This document shows positions 17,450 to 20,000 of a stretch of DNA of 20,000 nt, one piece after another. A model generated the notes under the pieces. It was not told where the DNA came from. It saw nothing but the letters and a program-made list of their open reading frames with translations, and searched no databases. How positions within the stretch are numbered: position 1 is the stretch's first letter; each line of letters begins with the position of its first letter. A program made the translations under genes and the position numbers. The DNA is from an uncultured virus (IMG/VR IMGVR_UViG_3300017763_003471) (Duplodnaviria; Heunggongvirae; Uroviricota; Caudoviricetes), in the IMG/VR virus record IMGVR_UViG_3300017763_003471, positions 118,592 to 138,591 of that record. The stretch is one strand, 5' to 3'.

Positions 17450-17457
17450 TATTTATC
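17450..17457 (-). promoter_or_regulatory. T4-like late promoter candidate upstream of putA (GATAAATA)
   Basis: TAAATA core about 25 nt before the ATG. Confidence 0.5.
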
Positions 17458-17644
17458 TATCGCACTGATTAATGTTTCAGTGGGTTGCACTCAAAGTGCA
17501 ACCCTATATTCTGAATAGAAGACCTCTCTGTTACTGTTGCAATGCAAATATAACGGTTCGAACCTTTTGCACCTCATAAAGAGAAGGGACTTCGCAATAA
17601 TTCATTTTAATCGCTATTATGCGATATCAGTTGGGTTGCGATAG
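17457..17644 (-). ncRNA. Candidate multi-stem structured RNA (~190 nt), family unknown
   Basis: Terminal 8-bp complementarity CTATCGCA/TGCGATAG, several internal helices, no ORF, AATAAATA upstream at 17686-17693. Confidence 0.55.
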
Positions 17645-17723
17645 TAAACTGTAAAACAGAAAACTACTTGTATTTCCCATGCAAATATTTATTATTTTCG
17701 TAGAAATCACTTTGAAAACAAGC

Positions 17724-17758
17724 AAAAAAAGACCCGATAGTATTGCTACTACCGGGTC
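17724..17758 (-). terminator. Rho-independent terminator
   Basis: GACCCGGTAGTA-GCAA-TACTATCGGGTC-TTTTTTT (12-bp stem with one G-U, GNRA loop, U7). Confidence 0.9.
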
Positions 17759-17826
17759 AGTTGGCGAAGAGGACTAGAGAACGGTGCAGGGAGCACCGTA
17801 CTAAAGTGCAGGCAAAAAGCCTGCAT
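17724..17826 (-). ncRNA. Candidate small RNA (~100 nt): two hairpins, CU-rich linker, intrinsic terminator
   Basis: TGCAGGC-TTTTT-GCCTGCA; ACGGTGC-TCCCT-GCACCGT; terminator; GTAAATA immediately upstream. Confidence 0.7.
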
Positions 17827-17875
17827 AAGTATTTACTACAATTTGTGGATTAATTTACTTACAATATATTGTATA

Positions 17876-18055
17876 TTATAGTTTTTGAGGCTCAAGCATA
17901 TCAGGTTCTAAATCCATTGAACTATGAACATTCCAGACTTCTCTTTCATGTATCAACGCATAATGTTTCGCTTCTGATTCTGTCATTAATTTCATTTCGT
18001 TATTGCCATCAGGATGGTCAATAAGATATAAAAAATGTGCTTTCTTTTTACTCAT
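17876..18055 (-). CDS. Hypothetical protein (59 aa, MSKKKAHFLYLIDHPDG...)
   Basis: Translated by hand; start overlaps the upstream gene end. Confidence 0.65.
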   Translation of the reverse strand: MSKKKAHFLYLIDHPDGNNEMKLMTESEAKHYALIHEREVWNVHSSMDLEPDMLEPQKL

Positions 18056-18380
18056 CTTCTTCGCCTAATACTTCCTTGACACAATCAAGTGCTTCCTCAT
18101 CGAAACCACTTACATGCCATTTATATATTCCATCAGGAATGTTATCTTCATCCCACTCATCTATTTTGTGTATAGTTGCCGCAATGTAATCAACTTCTTC
18201 GCTATACCCCTCAGTATCATGAGGTACTTTGAATTGTAAGACCCATTCAGCATCAGACATATCACTACCTATAGTAGGATCGCCAAATGTGTCAACTAAT
18301 CTTTGGTATGTTGTAGATACATACCCTTGAAGTTCAACACCTTCAACATCTATCATATCGTCATTTTCGAACTCGTACAT
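18048..18380 (-). CDS. Conserved phage hypothetical protein
   Basis: LQGYV.TTY..LV..FG.P...EW...WH; AAGGAG RBS and promoter P5. Confidence 0.75.
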   Translation of the reverse strand: MYEFENDDMIDVEGVELQGYVSTTYQRLVDTFGDPTIGSDMSDAEWVLQFKVPHDTEGYSEEVDYIAATIHKIDEWDEDNIPDGIYKWHVSGFDEEALDCVKEVLGEEDE

Positions 18381-18403
18381 AATACTCCTTGTAATTATAT
18401 ATT

Positions 18404-18431
18404 AATATAGCACCTTTTTGTATAATGTCAA
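18404..18431 (-). promoter_or_regulatory. Sigma70-type promoter P5 (no GANTC)
   Basis: TTGACA-TTATACAAAAAGGTGC-TATATT. Confidence 0.8.
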
Positions 18432-19051
18432 GTTTTAATTAGGCAAACCTTTACGTCACTATATTTGTCTTTGTCGATTTCAATATTATGTTCACCATAT
18501 TCTTCTGTTAACCATTCTTCATTGAAATCTTCCCATTCACCATTTCTTTTAACGAATTCATTTAATAGTTTATTTTCTGCTTCAATATAATGCATCATAT
18601 GATTATCATCTACATACCATGTATATTTTGGATAGTATATATTCCAACCACCTGCTTCATGCCACCAATCAAAGCATTCTTGGTTTCCTCTTTTGACTAT
18701 TAGTATCTGTGAATTTTCTATATTTTGATTTAACCAATCTAAACCGTAAGCAAATTGGTGACACTTAATCATCTTTGGTTTTGCTGAAATGGGTTCTATA
18801 AATCCCACATCACATGCTTTCTTAAATCCTATGATATCATTATTGTAATTTCTTTCAAGACTATGAAAGTTTTGCCCTAATTCCATATGTGGACCCCAAT
18901 AGGCTCCTCTATGACCTGAGAATTCTCCATGCTTGTAAACTCTCCAGTCTGTTTCATCTGAATTGTTATAATTGAAGTTCTCTGAAATGATTTGTGCAAC
19001 ACCAGACCATCTTGATCCTGGTGCACCTGTTAAGAAAGTATAATCATGCAT
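18428..19051 (-). CDS. Sulfotransferase/P-loop-like protein
   Basis: FLTGAPGSRWS, MIKCH, ILIVKR resemble sulfotransferase PAPS-binding blocks; start trimmed to MHDY. Confidence 0.5.
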   Translation of the reverse strand: MHDYTFLTGAPGSRWSGVAQIISENFNYNNSDETDWRVYKHGEFSGHRGAYWGPHMELGQNFHSLERNYNNDIIGFKKACDVGFIEPISAKPKMIKCHQFAYGLDWLNQNIENSQILIVKRGNQECFDWWHEAGGWNIYYPKYTWYVDDNHMMHYIEAENKLLNEFVKRNGEWEDFNEEWLTEEYGEHNIEIDKDKYSDVKVCLIKT

Positions 19052-19286
19052 TTTCAAAATGTTTCTGTAATTCATGGAAACCACCGATGTATTCATCGTC
19101 TAACCATATTTGAGGTGCGGTTCTTGGAACTACATTAATCTTACTACATTCTTCAAATAGCTTTACACGGGCATCGTTGTCTAATTGTATATTATATTCT
19201 GTAATGTCGATACCCTTCATTTTTAATAAATTCTTTGCTTGTACGCAATACCCACATGCGTTTTTACTGTATACTGTTGCTTTCAT
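19044..19286 (-). CDS. grx: Glutaredoxin
   Basis: CGYC active site, TAPQI, YIGGF. Confidence 0.92.
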   Translation of the reverse strand: MKATVYSKNACGYCVQAKNLLKMKGIDITEYNIQLDNDARVKLFEECSKINVVPRTAPQIWLDDEYIGGFHELQKHFENA

Positions 19287-19319
19287 AAGTCCTTTTATCC
19301 TTTCTAATGTATGTACTTA

Positions 19320-20000
19320 TCATTTCTCTACAAATGCTTTCTCTAATACATACTCGCCTTGGACTCTATTACTTCCTTCTTCGAAACCTAATCCTTCTAA
19401 GTATTCTTTCAATTCAACATTCATTGGCATTGAGCCACATATCATAACTCTATCGTGTTCTTTATCTAATTTAGGTAATCCTAATTTATCTTGTACTTTG
19501 TTTTCATACATAGCAGTTGTTACTCTGCCTGTGTTTTCGAATTCTTCACGTGTCACTGTAGGATAAAATTTAAACTTACCTTGAGTTATTTCTCCCCATA
19601 TCTCATGTTCATTCAACCCTTCCAAAAATTCTTTATATGCAAGTTCTTTTACTGTTCTAGTTCCCCATACCAAGATTACATTATCAAAGTCTTCGTATGT
19701 TTCTATTCCCCTTACTAAACTCATAAATGGTGCAACACCAGTACCAGTAGCAAGTAGATATAAATTTCTGCCAGGTTTTAGATTTGGCATAACTAATGTA
19801 CCAACTGATTTATCATTAACAAGTATTTCGTCACCTGGTTTTATATGTTGTAATCTACTTGTTAATGGTCCATTTGGTACCTTAATTGAGAACCATTCCA
19901 TGTATTCTTCATAGTTTGGTGATGCAACTGAATATGCTCTCATAATTGGTTTATTCTTTTGTAACTTCTCTGACCAATTATCTAATCCAATCATTAAAAA
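19320..20000 (-). CDS. fpr: Ferredoxin/flavodoxin--NADP+ reductase (5'-partial)
   Basis: RAYSVAS, GPLTSRL, ATGTGVAPF, MICGS, EKAFVEK; frame is open beyond the window edge. Confidence 0.93.
   Translation of the reverse strand, partial: FLMIGLDNWSEKLQKNKPIMRAYSVASPNYEEYMEWFSIKVPNGPLTSRLQHIKPGDEILVNDKSVGTLVMPNLKPGRNLYLLATGTGVAPFMSLVRGIETYEDFDNVILVWGTRTVKELAYKEFLEGLNEHEIWGEITQGKFKFYPTVTREEFENTGRVTTAMYENKVQDKLGLPKLDKEHDRVMICGSMPMNVELKEYLEGLGFEEGSNRVQGEYVLEKAFVEK

Noticed and set aside
17505..17596. RNase P RNA-like words (GAAGTCC, TGCAACAG) in the structured RNA
   Set aside because: No GAGGAAAGUCC and no convincing P4 partner; the element is too short
17470..17632. Hammerhead ribozyme or tRNA in the putA upstream region
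   Set aside because: CUGAUAU is not CUGANGA; GGTTCGAACC has no acceptor stem, anticodon arm or CCA around it

Overview
AT-rich, gene-dense segment with essentially every real gene on the minus strand. It reads as part of a large (jumbo/T4-like) tailed phage genome, probably marine; an alphaproteobacterial host is inferred from promoter motifs and gene families. In transcription order it carries a partial ferredoxin-NADP reductase, glutaredoxin, a sulfotransferase-like gene, two small hypotheticals and a ~450-bp structured non-coding region. That region holds two candidate ncRNAs and lies upstream of a complete bifunctional putA. Next come a phosphoribosyltransferase, MazG and a four-gene cassette (DUF1415-like, minimal ATE/Bpt-like aminoacyl-tRNA transferase, DUF6614-like, amidinotransferase). 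These are followed by a stand-alone DnaE fragment, GroES, glycosyl/methyltransferase-like genes, ATP-dependent DNA ligase, small early genes and three tRNAs (Leu-UAA, Glu-UUC, Arg-UCU). Five copies of a TTGACA-N16-TAT(A/T)NT promoter are present, three with a position-fixed CGATTCG (GANTC, GcrA/CcrM-type) site, plus several TAAATA late-promoter-like motifs. All functional calls come from motif recognition by eye, not database searches.
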